From: Prochlorococcus marinus str. NATL2A
GTDB lineage: Bacteria; Cyanobacteriota; Cyanobacteriia; PCC-6307; Cyanobiaceae
Length of the DNA: 32,000 nt
NCBI RefSeq assembly: GCF_000012465.1
Contig: NC_007335.2
Location: 1,680,001 to 1,712,000 of the forward strand
Reading direction: 5' to 3'
Shown here: in pieces, positions 1 to 9,378 of the stretch
Layout: every line of letters starts with the position of its first letter
How positions within the stretch are numbered: position 1 is the stretch's first letter
Notes under the pieces: model-generated
Told to the model about the DNA's origin: nothing
What the model saw: only the letters and a program-made list of their open reading frames with translations
Database searches by the model: none
Translations under genes and position numbers: made by a program

Positions 1-662
1 TCTTGAAGTCCACTAATAACTTTTGCAGAAATCCAAATTGAATCTATGCCTTCATGTGGTCTGGCTCCATGCCCTCCATCACCAATAATCTCTATTTCCA
101 ATTCAGCCGCGGCAGCTGTAAAAGTACCAGTTCTTATTCCAATCTTGCCAACTGACAAATCTGGATAAACATGCACACCAAAAAGAGCTTGAACACCTTC
201 AAGAACCTTTTCAGCTCTCATCCAATTTGCACCTTGGGCAATCTCTTCAGCAGGTTGAAAAATGATTCGGATTCGAGAATTTGTAAATTTGTTTTTTGCT
301 AATACTTTAGCCACCCCCAAACCAATACAAGTATGTAGATCATGGCCACAGGCATGCATCAGGCCTTGAATTGAAGATGAATATTCTAAACCTGTTCTCT
401 CCTCAATTGGCAAAGCATCCATATCAACTCGTAAGCCAACAACAGGTCCGCTTTTGTTACCCATTTCAGCTACTACTCCCGTTTTGCCAACTGCTTCTTT
501 TACATCCCACCCTGATTTTCTAAGCTCCCCTGCAACAAGAGCAGCAGTTTGATATTCCTGACCGCTTAGCTCTGGATGAGCATGGAGATGACGACGTAAT
601 TGAATTAAATCAGGCAGTATATCCTTGGTTAAAACGTCAATTTTTTTTCCTAAATCTTTCAT
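1..662 (-). CDS. M20-family amidohydrolase (N-acyl-L-amino-acid amidohydrolase / hippurate hydrolase-like). N-terminal ~220 codons only; the gene runs off the left edge of the window.
   Basis: My own reverse-strand translation from ATG at 662..660 gives [47 protein letters not shown]... and later MHACGHD. This is the typical M20D N-terminus and metal-ligand region. The frame stays open to position 1. It is absent from the ORF track because it is truncated. Confidence 0.75.
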   Translation of the reverse strand, partial: MKDLGKKIDVLTKDILPDLIQLRRHLHAHPELSGQEYQTAALVAGELRKSGWDVKEAVGKTGVVAEMGNKSGPVVGLRVDMDALPIEERTGLEYSSSIQGLMHACGHDLHTCIGLGVAKVLAKNKFTNSRIRIIFQPAEEIAQGANWMRAEKVLEGVQALFGVHVYPDLSVGKIGIRTGTFTAAAAELEIEIIGDGGHGARPHEGIDSIWISAKVISGLQ

Positions 663-1447
663 CTATCATCCAATGCAAGAAATGCAATCAAATCATTTGT
701 AGGTTTTGGAGGCCAACGGCGAATATTCAACAACCATTCTTTCTCTCGATATCGAATATCTAATCCAGCAGCCGCAGCCCAATTACTTTCAGCTTCACCT
801 AAGAAGCCTTTACTCCATAGAAGAGCACTTAATGCTGCTCTCGCATCTGCGAATAAAGGATATTTACGGATTAATATTCTGATTTTCTTTTCAGCGAGTT
901 CAAGATCGCCCAATTGATAAATCGCTAGCGCCTCACTAGACCTAGCCATAGCTATTGCATTGTTTGACGAGGCAGCTTGAGCAAACAATTTCTTCGCTTC
1001 ACTCCAATTATCCATGGAACCCATCACATTACCTAAGTTATATAAAGCTGAAACATCTTTAGGATTATTTTTTAAAACATAGTTGTAATCTTTACTGGCG
1101 TCCTCCCAACGCTGCAAAGCTTCTTCAGCAATTCCTCTATTCAGATAAGGGTCTAAATCTTCAGGCGAAATTTCAATAGCCTTAGTTTGATCTTTTATAG
1201 CTCCTTTAGGATCACCAAGTGCGAGACGAATATTACCTCTATTACTCAAGGCAGCCGCATCATCTGGGTAATCATTTAAATAAGAACTCCAATCTTTTTC
1301 AGCTCGAATGAAATCTCCTTCTTTACTTTCTTGAAGGGCTTTCTCGAATAAAACTTTAGGAAGCACTTTAGCTTGGGTCGACAATGGCACGAAAACAAAA
1401 ATAATAGAAAGTAAAAGTAGAACTTTTACAACTCTTCCCAAAATCAT
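659..1447 (-). CDS. Secreted/periplasmic TPR-repeat protein
   Basis: 262-aa ORF with a hydrophobic N-terminal signal-like segment ([20 protein letters not shown]). It has several 34-aa TPR-like units (e.g. [64 protein letters not shown]). It is ATGA-coupled to the genes on both sides. Confidence 0.8.
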   Translation of the reverse strand: MILGRVVKVLLLLSIIFVFVPLSTQAKVLPKVLFEKALQESKEGDFIRAEKDWSSYLNDYPDDAAALSNRGNIRLALGDPKGAIKDQTKAIEISPEDLDPYLNRGIAEEALQRWEDASKDYNYVLKNNPKDVSALYNLGNVMGSMDNWSEAKKLFAQAASSNNAIAMARSSEALAIYQLGDLELAEKKIRILIRKYPLFADARAALSALLWSKGFLGEAESNWAAAAGLDIRYREKEWLLNIRRWPPKPTNDLIAFLALDDR

Positions 1448-2514
1448 TTATCTATATTATTTGGGGAAGTTAGTAAATAATGTTTTTTAGCTGCTGGAGT
1501 AACAACCCTTCCCCTAGAAGTTCTGTGTAAAAAACCAATTTGCATTAGATAAGGCTCAACTACAGTTTCAAGGGTCGTTGAATCCTCTCCAAGTCCAGCA
1601 GCCAAAGTCTCAAGCCCTACTGGGCCTCCTTGATATTGATTTACTAACAAGCCTATATAACTTCTATCTGTTGCATCTAGACCTCTTTGATCCACACGAT
1701 GTAGATCAAGTGCATCGTTCACAACTTCAACATCGATCTTCTTTGAATGAGAATACACTTCTGCATAATCTCTAACTCTTCGTATGAGCCTATTTGCAAT
1801 CCGAGGAGTACCTCGACATCTTTTGGCTAATTGTTGAGATGCTTCCTCTGAAATTACTAAATTAATAAGTTTCGCAGATCTTTTAATTATATTTTCAAGG
1901 TCCAAATAATTGTAAAAATCTAGTCGCTGAGTTATACCAAAACGATCTCGCATAGGGGAGCTTAATGCTGCAGGTTTTGTTGTAGCACCTACTAAGGTAA
2001 AGGGGGGGATTTCGATTGATCGCATTCTAGAAGAAGTACCCTTACCTACAGTTAAATCTAACCTTCTATCTTCCATAGCTGGATACAAAAGTTCCTGTGA
2101 AATGCGATTGAGTCTGTGAATCTCATCAACAAAAATCAATTCACGTGGTTGAATATTAATCAATAATCCAACAATATCCCTTGGTCGTTCAAGAGCAGGA
2201 GCACTTGTAACTCTAGCTTTAACCCCCAATTCCTCAGCAATAACAAGAGCCATGGTAGTTTTTCCCAATCCTGGCGGCCCATAAAGCATTAAATGATCAA
2301 GTGCTTCTCCTCTTTTTAATGATGCTTTAACTGAAATCTCAAGAACTTTTTTTAATTCAGATTGACCTACAAAATCATCAAAAGATTTAGGCCTTAGTGA
2401 ATCTTGTTGAGATAATTTAAGCTCCTCTTTTAAAAGACTGGGACCAACCAATCTTTCCTCTCCTTTATCATTGGGAAGAGAAGAATGATTAGTAATTGAA
2501 GACACAATTGCCAT
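1444..2514 (-). CDS. ruvB: Holliday junction branch-migration ATPase RuvB
   Basis: Walker [10 protein letters not shown], Walker B FVDEIHRL and a RuvB-type C-terminal winged helix. I place the start at ATG 2514 ([10 protein letters not shown]...). The 52-codon upstream extension in the ORF track (to 2670) is low-complexity and overlaps smpB. Confidence 0.94.
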   Translation of the reverse strand: MAIVSSITNHSSLPNDKGEERLVGPSLLKEELKLSQQDSLRPKSFDDFVGQSELKKVLEISVKASLKRGEALDHLMLYGPPGLGKTTMALVIAEELGVKARVTSAPALERPRDIVGLLINIQPRELIFVDEIHRLNRISQELLYPAMEDRRLDLTVGKGTSSRMRSIEIPPFTLVGATTKPAALSSPMRDRFGITQRLDFYNYLDLENIIKRSAKLINLVISEEASQQLAKRCRGTPRIANRLIRRVRDYAEVYSHSKKIDVEVVNDALDLHRVDQRGLDATDRSYIGLLVNQYQGGPVGLETLAAGLGEDSTTLETVVEPYLMQIGFLHRTSRGRVVTPAAKKHYLLTSPNNIDK

Positions 2515-2543
2515 GATCAAATGGTAGTGGCATCTCAACAAAA

Positions 2544-3059
2544 ATGGAGGTAAATAGAAGAATGAGCAAAAAAGGAAAGAAACAATCCAAAAACAATTCC
2601 TCAGTTGATGGAAATCGTCGCTTAGCAGAAAATCGACAAGCAAGATATGAATATGAAATCCTAGAAACACTTGAAACTGGATTAGAGCTTCTTGGAACAG
2701 AAGTTAAATCAATTAGAGCTGGAAAAGTAAATTTAAAAGATGGATTTTGCCTAATCAAAAAAGATCAAATTCAACTTCATAATGTTCATATATCGCCTCA
2801 TAATCATGCCGGTAAATTTTTCAATCACGAACCTCTGAGAATCAAAAGACTTCTTGCACATCGAAAAGAAATCGAGAAATTAAAAATAAGTTTAGAAAGA
2901 AAAGGTTTAACAATAATCCCTTTAAGTCTTTATCTAAAAGGCTCATGGATCAAATTAAAAATAGGAGTCGGTAAAGGAAGGAAGATTCATGACAAAAGAG
3001 ATCGAGAGAAGATCAATGACTCCAAAAGAGATGTAGCTAATGCTCTAAAACGTTTTTAA
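2544..3059 (+). CDS. smpB: SsrA (tmRNA)-binding protein SmpB
   Basis: Conserved SmpB core [39 protein letters not shown] and a basic C-terminal tail. An alternative start is ATG 2562 (MSKKGKK), which lies 11 nt after a GGAGG. Confidence 0.92.
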
Positions 3060-3123
3060 AAGAAAAAAATTTGTTACTTTTTACTCGAATTCTTATAAAA
3101 AATCAAACTTTAATTATCCTTTC

Positions 3124-3375
3124 TCATGTGACATCCAAGCTAACATTTTCGGGTGGCGGTGTTGGATCAGGATCAGCAATGAGCATATGTTGTAAAACGA
3201 TTTCAGGACGCTCGCTATCTCTCCATCTAATGCGATAAGCAGGCATTTTTGTACCCCTGCTTGTCGTTTGCTCAACAGGTTCCATAACCCAACCGCGTCT
3301 TGAACGCCCTTGGGGGTTCCTTTTCACAACAGCATCTGCATGCTTGAAACGGAAACCAACTCTCTCGCCGCTCAT
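3124..3375 (-). CDS. Small conserved-looking hypothetical protein (83 aa, Arg/Pro/Gly-rich)
   Basis: Complete ATG-initiated ORF 41 nt downstream of lysS on the same strand. No motif I can name. Its G+C is markedly higher than its surroundings (see findings), which favours a real, constrained CDS. Confidence 0.6.
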   Translation of the reverse strand: MSGERVGFRFKHADAVVKRNPQGRSRRGWVMEPVEQTTSRGTKMPAYRIRWRDSERPEIVLQHMLIADPDPTPPPENVSLDVT

Positions 3376-3416
3376 CTGAACAAAATACTTACATGCCTAT
3401 TATCCACTCTGATGGG

Positions 3417-4958
3417 TCACTTTGCAGTTTGTTTTAAATTTGCTTCTGGTCGTAAAAGTGGAAAAGCTATTACATCTCTTATGGAAGGACTATCTGTTAA
3501 CAACATTACAAACCTATCTATTCCTATTCCAAGACCTCCTGTGGGAGGCATTCCGACCTCAAGAGCATTGATAAAATCCTCATCCAGGCTTTGAGCCTCA
3601 AGATCACCTGCTTCTTTTTTCGCTTGCTGTAAAAGTAAACGTTCTCTTTGATCAATAGGGTCAATTAATTCGCTAAAAGCATTGGCAGTTTCTCTACCAA
3701 CAATAAAAAGTTCAAATCTTTCCACTAAACCTTTTTTAGTTCTATGTTTTCTAGCCAATGGAGAAATCTCAATTGGATAATCCATGACAAATGTAGGCTG
3801 AATCAGTTCAGGCTCTACTGCTTGCTCAAAAGCTTCATTTAATAGGCTTCCAACAGTATCAGCCTTATCAGGCACTTGAAGCCCCTCTCGACTCATTTCA
3901 GCCTTAGCATCATCAACATTGTCTCCAAATAATTCAAAATCAATTCCAGTAAATTCCTTAACTAAATCATGCATCGTGGCCCTTCTCCAAGGAGGTTGCA
4001 AATCTATTTCTTGCTCTTGATAATTAATTTTGGTCGATCCACAAATCTTTTCGCAAACTGAAGAAAGTAATTTTTCTGTTAAATCCATCATGTCGAAATA
4101 ATCTGCAAAGGCCTCATAAATTTCAACAGAAGTAAATTCAGGATTATGCCTTGTGCTAATTCCTTCATTTCTAAAAATTCTTCCAAGTTCATAGACCCTT
4201 TGAAATCCACCCACCACAAGTCTTTTAAGATGCAATTCTGTTGCAATCCTCAGATACAAAGGTAAATCGAGCGTGTTGTGATGAGTTATGAAAGGCCTTG
4301 CATCCGCTCCTCCAGCTTCTGATTGTAAAACTGGAGTCTCGATTTCAAGAAAGTCTTTTTCATCTAACCAACGTCGAATTGAACTAACTAATAAAGCCCT
4401 AGTTCGAAAAGTTTTTCTTGACTGTGGATTTACAATTAAATCTAAATATCTTTGTCTATAGCGCTTTTCTACATCGGCAAGTCCATGCCATTTATCTGGT
4501 AGGGGTTGTAAAGATTTTGATAGCATTGACCATTCGAAAACCTTTATAGAAAGTTCACCTCTATCAGTTCTCCTTAATATTCCACTGACTCCTATCCAAT
4601 CACCAGAGTCAACCAAAGAGGTAATGTTCTCAAAATTATTCTTTGGATTCTCACTATCTTCATTCCGATTTAAGGTCGCCTTTTCCAAAAAGAGTTGAAT
4701 TATGCCTGTTTCATCGGAAAGAGTAAAAAAAGCAAGTTTTCCCATCACTCTTCTAGAAGTTACTCGCCCTGCGATAGATACTTCGTCTTTTTTTTCTTCG
4801 CCATTTGGTAAGTCTTTATATTTTCCCTGCAAAACAGCGGCAGAGTCAGTAGGTCGAAAATTCAAACCATAGGGACCTTTCCCAAGGGTTTTTAGTGCTT
4901 TTGCCTTCTCGAGGCGCGTATCTCTTAATTCAGACAAGGCAATGGGTACATACGGCAA
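3417..4958 (-). CDS. lysS: Lysine--tRNA ligase (class II)
   Basis: N-terminal OB anticodon-binding region, class II motifs [15 protein letters not shown] and [15 protein letters not shown]. The start codon is TTG at 4958, with an in-frame TGA five codons upstream. No ATG occurs before the conserved N-terminal helix. Confidence 0.95.
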   Translation of the reverse strand: MPYVPIALSELRDTRLEKAKALKTLGKGPYGLNFRPTDSAAVLQGKYKDLPNGEEKKDEVSIAGRVTSRRVMGKLAFFTLSDETGIIQLFLEKATLNRNEDSENPKNNFENITSLVDSGDWIGVSGILRRTDRGELSIKVFEWSMLSKSLQPLPDKWHGLADVEKRYRQRYLDLIVNPQSRKTFRTRALLVSSIRRWLDEKDFLEIETPVLQSEAGGADARPFITHHNTLDLPLYLRIATELHLKRLVVGGFQRVYELGRIFRNEGISTRHNPEFTSVEIYEAFADYFDMMDLTEKLLSSVCEKICGSTKINYQEQEIDLQPPWRRATMHDLVKEFTGIDFELFGDNVDDAKAEMSREGLQVPDKADTVGSLLNEAFEQAVEPELIQPTFVMDYPIEISPLARKHRTKKGLVERFELFIVGRETANAFSELIDPIDQRERLLLQQAKKEAGDLEAQSLDEDFINALEVGMPPTGGLGIGIDRFVMLLTDSPSIRDVIAFPLLRPEANLKQTAK

Positions 4959-5006
4959 GAATAAACAATTTCAAATGCAAACCTATCAATTTTGAGCTAT
5001 TAATCT

Positions 5007-5747
5007 TTAACTGGCAATAGCAGTAGGAAATTCTCCAATTCTTTGAGAAGCATAGCCAATGCCTCTGACAGTTAAAATCAACTCAGGATTCCTAGGATCT
5101 GGTTCAAGCTTCCCTCTTAAACGAGCTACGTAAACATCCACAACTCTTAAATCAGCCGCTCTTCTTGGAGGATAACCCCAAAGCTGTTCCAGAATTTCTG
5201 CTCGAGGTACAACACGGCCAGGATCACGAAATAATAATTCCAGCAAGCTAAATTCTGTATATGTTAAGCCTATCCTTTCTCCTCCTCTACTGACTTGCCT
5301 TCTATTGGTGTCTACAACAAGATCACCAAGCTTCATTACTCCTTGACCTGACGGGACTTCTCTTGGTTCATCAATAGTTGGAGCAGGTCCCACACGTCTC
5401 AAAATCGTCGCTATTCTAGCTTCTAACTCCTTGGGGCTAAATGGTTTAGCCAGGTAATCATCAGCGCCTAAATCCAAACCTGCAACTCTTTCTGAAATCG
5501 CTTCAAGAGCAGTCAAGAATATTATTGGAACGCAAGACTCAGCTCTAATTCTTCGACAAACTGCAAAGCCATCCATCTTCGGGAGCATGACATCTAGAAC
5601 CACTAAGTCTGGAGCTTCTTTGTGAAAAACCTCTAGTGCTTGCTCTCCATCCTGTGCAGATAAAACTTTATAACCAGCAAGATTTAGCCTTGTGACCAAG
5701 ACTTTCAATACTGCTGGTTCATCATCTACAACCAAAATGCAGGTCAT
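5007..5747 (-). CDS. OmpR-family two-component response regulator (RpaB-like paralog)
   Basis: Receiver domain (VVDDE, DLVVLDVMLPKMDG with the phospho-acceptor Asp, KPF) plus a C-terminal winged-helix trans_reg_C domain (LTYTEFSLLELL, VDVYVARLRGKLE, IGYA). The receiver resembles cyanobacterial RpaB, but its N-terminus differs from what I recall of RpaB. Confidence 0.9.
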   Translation of the reverse strand: MTCILVVDDEPAVLKVLVTRLNLAGYKVLSAQDGEQALEVFHKEAPDLVVLDVMLPKMDGFAVCRRIRAESCVPIIFLTALEAISERVAGLDLGADDYLAKPFSPKELEARIATILRRVGPAPTIDEPREVPSGQGVMKLGDLVVDTNRRQVSRGGERIGLTYTEFSLLELLFRDPGRVVPRAEILEQLWGYPPRRAADLRVVDVYVARLRGKLEPDPRNPELILTVRGIGYASQRIGEFPTAIAS

Positions 5748-5913
5748 GAGATTAGCTGTTGCCTTAGTGACAGGACCATCGAAATGGCTTCTTGTTATAT
5801 GACGATATCATCTTAAAGTAAGGTATTCAAAGCCATTTGACTAATCTAAAAGACAGAGTCCCCACTAATAAATAAGTATTTATTCTATTTTTAAAGCTTT
5901 AAAAAATTTTGCA

Positions 5914-6417
5914 TTAGTTTTTTTTATAAGTAAGAAGAAGCCATGAGGAGAAAAATGGGGCAACTAATCCAGTAATTATGACCTCAGAAATTAATACAAA
6001 GATTGACCAAGAATGAAACCAATTATTTCTTAAATCGCTATAAAGAAAAATTTTTTGAACCCATATAGAAAACCCAACAAAGGCAGTTCCAAATATAGCC
6101 ATCAAACCAATATTTAGAAATAATTCAATTTTTTTATTATGCAATCCATATGTACTCCAAACGATAGACAGAAGCAGCAAAGATGGAACGTAAGAAACAT
6201 CACTAATTGTAAAAGAATCTATAAAGATTCCTAATAAAACTGAAGCTATAGCGGCTTTATAAGGACTATTCTTCAGTGAAAGTGGCAACAATAAGATAAC
6301 AGGCCAACATGGAGTTATTCCATTTATTTTTAGCCAATCAGGAGCTGTAATTATGCAAAATTGCAAACAAGTTAAAATAAAAAAGATTGATATTTTCTTA
6401 TTATTTTTGAGCATCAT
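5914..6417 (-). CDS. mreD: Rod shape-determining protein MreD (polytopic membrane protein)
   Basis: 167-aa, very hydrophobic multi-TM ORF that overlaps the 3' end of mreC by 17 nt. Its position as third gene of an mreB-mreC-X operon is the main argument. Confidence 0.7.
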   Translation of the reverse strand: MMLKNNKKISIFFILTCLQFCIITAPDWLKINGITPCWPVILLLPLSLKNSPYKAAIASVLLGIFIDSFTISDVSYVPSLLLLSIVWSTYGLHNKKIELFLNIGLMAIFGTAFVGFSIWVQKIFLYSDLRNNWFHSWSIFVLISEVIITGLVAPFFSSWLLLTYKKN

Positions 6418-7156
6418 TTTTCAAGACTTGAACCCAATCAACCGCATCAGGTGCTGCAGTTAATTGAACTATTGCATATGGAGATGGCAAGGCTTTTTCG
6501 TTCACAAACTTAACAATTCCAATTGTTAAGTTTGGGGGTAATAGAGTACTTGCTGGCGATGTAGTAACAGCATCTCCAATTTTAGCCAAACTATTTTTAT
6601 TTAAAAAAATCAGTTTTGGTCTATTTGTTCCCATCCCAGTCAAAATCCCATGGTGCTGAGTACGATCAATCCAAGCTCCTACCTGATGACCAGGATCGGT
6701 CAATAATCTAACTCTTGCAGTAAGTGGGGTTACGCTGTCAATTAGACCAATTAAGCCGCCTGGACCAATTACTGTTTGCCCTTTCAAAACTCCATCTTTT
6801 GCACCCTTATTAATTTCTAACTGTTGCCACCAATTTCTTGAAGATCGAGATATTACAGCAGCTGAAATTCTTTGATTAGTATTAAAATCTTTTAAAGAAA
6901 GAGCTCTTCGTAAACGAGAATTATCATCTGCAAGCAATTTTAATCGAATATTTTTTTCAGCATTATCTCCTTCCTTGATCCATTCGCTTTGAGCAGTACC
7001 TGGGAGTATGGGTTTTAATAAAACCGAGTATAAATCTAAATATCCTGCTCCTTTTGACCAACGAATCCCAAATAATAAAGCTCCAAATAAAAATATTACC
7101 CATAACCTCCCTTTCAAAAGCAAATGAAACCCTATTTCCCTTCGGGCTTTAATCAT
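6401..7156 (-). CDS. mreC: Rod shape-determining protein MreC
   Basis: 251 aa with a single N-terminal TM, a coiled-coil segment (NIRLKLLADDNSRLRRAL) and MreC beta-barrel-type motifs (GQTVIGPGGLIGLIDSV, VRLLTDPG, GDAVTTS). It starts 4 nt after the mreB stop. Confidence 0.85.
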   Translation of the reverse strand: MIKARREIGFHLLLKGRLWVIFLFGALLFGIRWSKGAGYLDLYSVLLKPILPGTAQSEWIKEGDNAEKNIRLKLLADDNSRLRRALSLKDFNTNQRISAAVISRSSRNWWQQLEINKGAKDGVLKGQTVIGPGGLIGLIDSVTPLTARVRLLTDPGHQVGAWIDRTQHHGILTGMGTNRPKLIFLNKNSLAKIGDAVTTSPASTLLPPNLTIGIVKFVNEKALPSPYAIVQLTAAPDAVDWVQVLKNDAQK

Positions 7157-7159
7157 TGT

Positions 7160-8221
7160 TCAATCTCTAATTACATTTCGAGCAAAATCAGGCGTATCTA
7201 AAACTCTTCTCATTGATTTAAAATCATCTAAAACCAAACCACATCCATTTACTACACATAGCAATGGATCTTCGGCTACGTGCGTAAAAATTCCTGTTTC
7301 ATGACTTAACAGATCACTAATTCCTCTAACAAGAGCCCCCCCTCCTGCAAGCATTATACCCCTATCAACAATATCTGCCGCTAGTTCAGGTGGAGTTCTC
7401 TCTAGAGTTCTTTTAACAGCATCAACAATCTTATTCAGAGGCTCTGACATGGCTTCACGTAAATCGCCTGCTTTCAAGTTGATTGATCGAGGCAACCCTG
7501 AGAGTAAATGTAATCCCCGTACATCTATTGATTGCAAATCAAATTCATTAGATGGAAAAGCTGATCCAATTTTAATTTTTATCTCTTCAGCTGTTCTCTC
7601 ACCAACTACTAGGTTATGTACTTTTTTCAAATAGGTCGCGATTGAATCATTAATTTCATCGCCTGCAACTCTCACAGATTCACTTAAAACTGTTCCACCA
7701 AGACTTAAAACAGCAACTTCAGTAGTCCCTCCACCAATATCAACAATCATTGTCCCTATGGGCTCAGTAACTGGCAAAGAAGCTCCAATTGCAGCAGCGA
7801 CAGGCTCATCAATCAAATGCACCTCTCTTGCTCCCGCGAGACCAGCCTCCCGAACTGCCCGTCTCTCTACACCAGTCACACCACTGGGAATACCAACTAC
7901 TAGTCGGGGTGCAATTATTCCACGGCCCTCATTGCATTTTTGAATAAATGTCTTAAGCATTTGCTCAGCCGCATCAAAGTCGGCTATTACCCCATCCCGA
8001 AGGGGTCTAACGGCACGAATATTCCCTGGTGTTCGCCCTAACATTAACTTCGCATCATTGCCCACTGCGAGTGGGATCCCCTCTTCTAAGTCCATCGCTA
8101 CAACAGAAGGTTCTTGCAGAACGATTCCTTTACCAGAAACATAAATCAAGGTATTTGCAGTACCTAAATCAATCCCAATATCTCGGGAAAATTTGAAACG
8201 GTTAAAAAACACGGATTTCAA
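7160..8221 (-). CDS. mreB: Actin-like rod shape-determining protein MreB
   Basis: Motifs DIGIDLGTANTLIYV, DIGGGTTEVAVLSLGG and IMLAGGGALVRGI. The start must be TTG 8221 (TGA immediately upstream) or GTG 8212, because no ATG is available. Confidence 0.95.
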   Translation of the reverse strand: MKSVFFNRFKFSRDIGIDLGTANTLIYVSGKGIVLQEPSVVAMDLEEGIPLAVGNDAKLMLGRTPGNIRAVRPLRDGVIADFDAAEQMLKTFIQKCNEGRGIIAPRLVVGIPSGVTGVERRAVREAGLAGAREVHLIDEPVAAAIGASLPVTEPIGTMIVDIGGGTTEVAVLSLGGTVLSESVRVAGDEINDSIATYLKKVHNLVVGERTAEEIKIKIGSAFPSNEFDLQSIDVRGLHLLSGLPRSINLKAGDLREAMSEPLNKIVDAVKRTLERTPPELAADIVDRGIMLAGGGALVRGISDLLSHETGIFTHVAEDPLLCVVNGCGLVLDDFKSMRRVLDTPDFARNVIRD

Positions 8222-8294
8222 TCATTTGAGCCATCATAAAGAGAGTTGAACTAAGATAGATATATTATTTAGCAACCAGTAAACAGAGGAGGTA

Positions 8295-8687
8295 ATGATG
8301 GCAATAAATTCAGTCACTCTTGTTGGAAGAGCAGGCAGAGATCCTGAAGTTAGATATTTTGAATCTGGAACTGTAGTAGCAAATCTAACAATGGCCGTAA
8401 ATAGAAGGAATAGGAACGATGAACCAGATTGGTTCAATTTAGAAATTTGGGGAAAACAAGCCCAAGTAGCGGCTGATTATGTAAAAAAAGGCTCTTTGAT
8501 CGGTATAACTGGTAGCTTCAAATTGGATAGTTGGAAGGATCGCAATACTGGAGAGGATAGAAATAAGCCAGTTGTTAGAGTTGATCGTCTTGAATTATTA
8601 GGATCAAAAAGAGATTCAGAAAATAGTAATTTTCAAAACAACAATTTTAGCCAGCAACCAAGTAATAACGACGAAATTCCATTTTAA
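8295..8687 (+). CDS. ssb: Single-stranded DNA-binding protein
   Basis: OB-fold N-terminus (NSVTLVGRAGRDPEVRYFESGTVVANLTMAVN), a low-complexity linker and the canonical acidic tail DDEIPF. A GGAGG lies about 5 nt upstream of ATG. Confidence 0.93.
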   Translation: MMAINSVTLVGRAGRDPEVRYFESGTVVANLTMAVNRRNRNDEPDWFNLEIWGKQAQVAADYVKKGSLIGITGSFKLDSWKDRNTGEDRNKPVVRVDRLELLGSKRDSENSNFQNNNFSQQPSNNDEIPF

Positions 8688-8697
8688 AAATATCTTT

Positions 8698-9354
8698 TTA
8701 GTTGTTAATTAGTTTACGTAGAGTTTTATAAATTAAATTTATTAAAGCTCCAGATATAACAACAATAATGATTATCTTAAATACACTTGAGAAGGGACTA
8801 ATTAACGTTTCAATGTTTGCATAATTATCCCCTAAATAGAACCCTGTAATTGTTAAAAACAACGTCCAAATCAAGCTTCCAGCGGTTGTCCAAATTAGAA
8901 AAGGAGTGATAGGCATTAACTCAACCCCTGCTGGAACTGAAATCAAAGTACGAATTCCAGGTACTAATCTTCCCCAGAAGACTAAAGACACTCCATACCT
9001 GTTGAACCATTTACGACTGCGAGCAAGTTCCTGAGGCTTAATCCCAATCCAACGTCCATTCTTCTCAAGCCATTTCTCAAGTCTTTCTTCATTCACCAAT
9101 CTGCCAATTCCATACCAAGGCAACGCCCCAATAACAGTTCCGATTAAACCTGCTAAAACAACTGGTAAAAAATCTAATTGACCTTGAGACACATAAAAGC
9201 CTCCAAGAGGCATAATCAACTCTGAAGGAATTGGCGGAATTAGGTTTTCCAAAAACATTGCCAATAAGATCGCTCCATAACCAATCCACTGATTGGTCTC
9301 AACTGCATTTCCTATAAATACTGGTAAAGAAGAAATAAATTCAGATATTTCCAT
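8698..9354 (-). CDS. DedA/SNARE-associated family membrane protein
   Basis: 218-aa polytopic membrane ORF with DedA-like motifs (FLENLIPPIPSE, RFIPGIR-like LVPGIRTLISVPAG). Confidence 0.8.
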   Translation of the reverse strand: MEISEFISSLPVFIGNAVETNQWIGYGAILLAMFLENLIPPIPSELIMPLGGFYVSQGQLDFLPVVLAGLIGTVIGALPWYGIGRLVNEERLEKWLEKNGRWIGIKPQELARSRKWFNRYGVSLVFWGRLVPGIRTLISVPAGVELMPITPFLIWTTAGSLIWTLFLTITGFYLGDNYANIETLISPFSSVFKIIIIVVISGALINLIYKTLRKLINN

Positions 9355-9378
9355 TTAGTTTGAACTATTTAAATAAAA

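Noticed and set aside
2515-2670. 52-codon N-terminal extension of the ruvB ORF in the six-frame track ([16 protein letters not shown]...)
   Set aside because: It is low-complexity and hydrophobic, overlaps the smpB coding region on the other strand, and is not part of any RuvB N-terminus I know. The internal ATG at 2514 gives a normal-length RuvB.
5870-5880. 11-mer AAATAAGTATT shared between the mreD/regulator spacer and the secA/gmd spacer (29306-29316)
   Set aside because: Many 11-mer repeats are expected by chance in 32 kb of AT-rich sequence, and the flanks do not extend the match.
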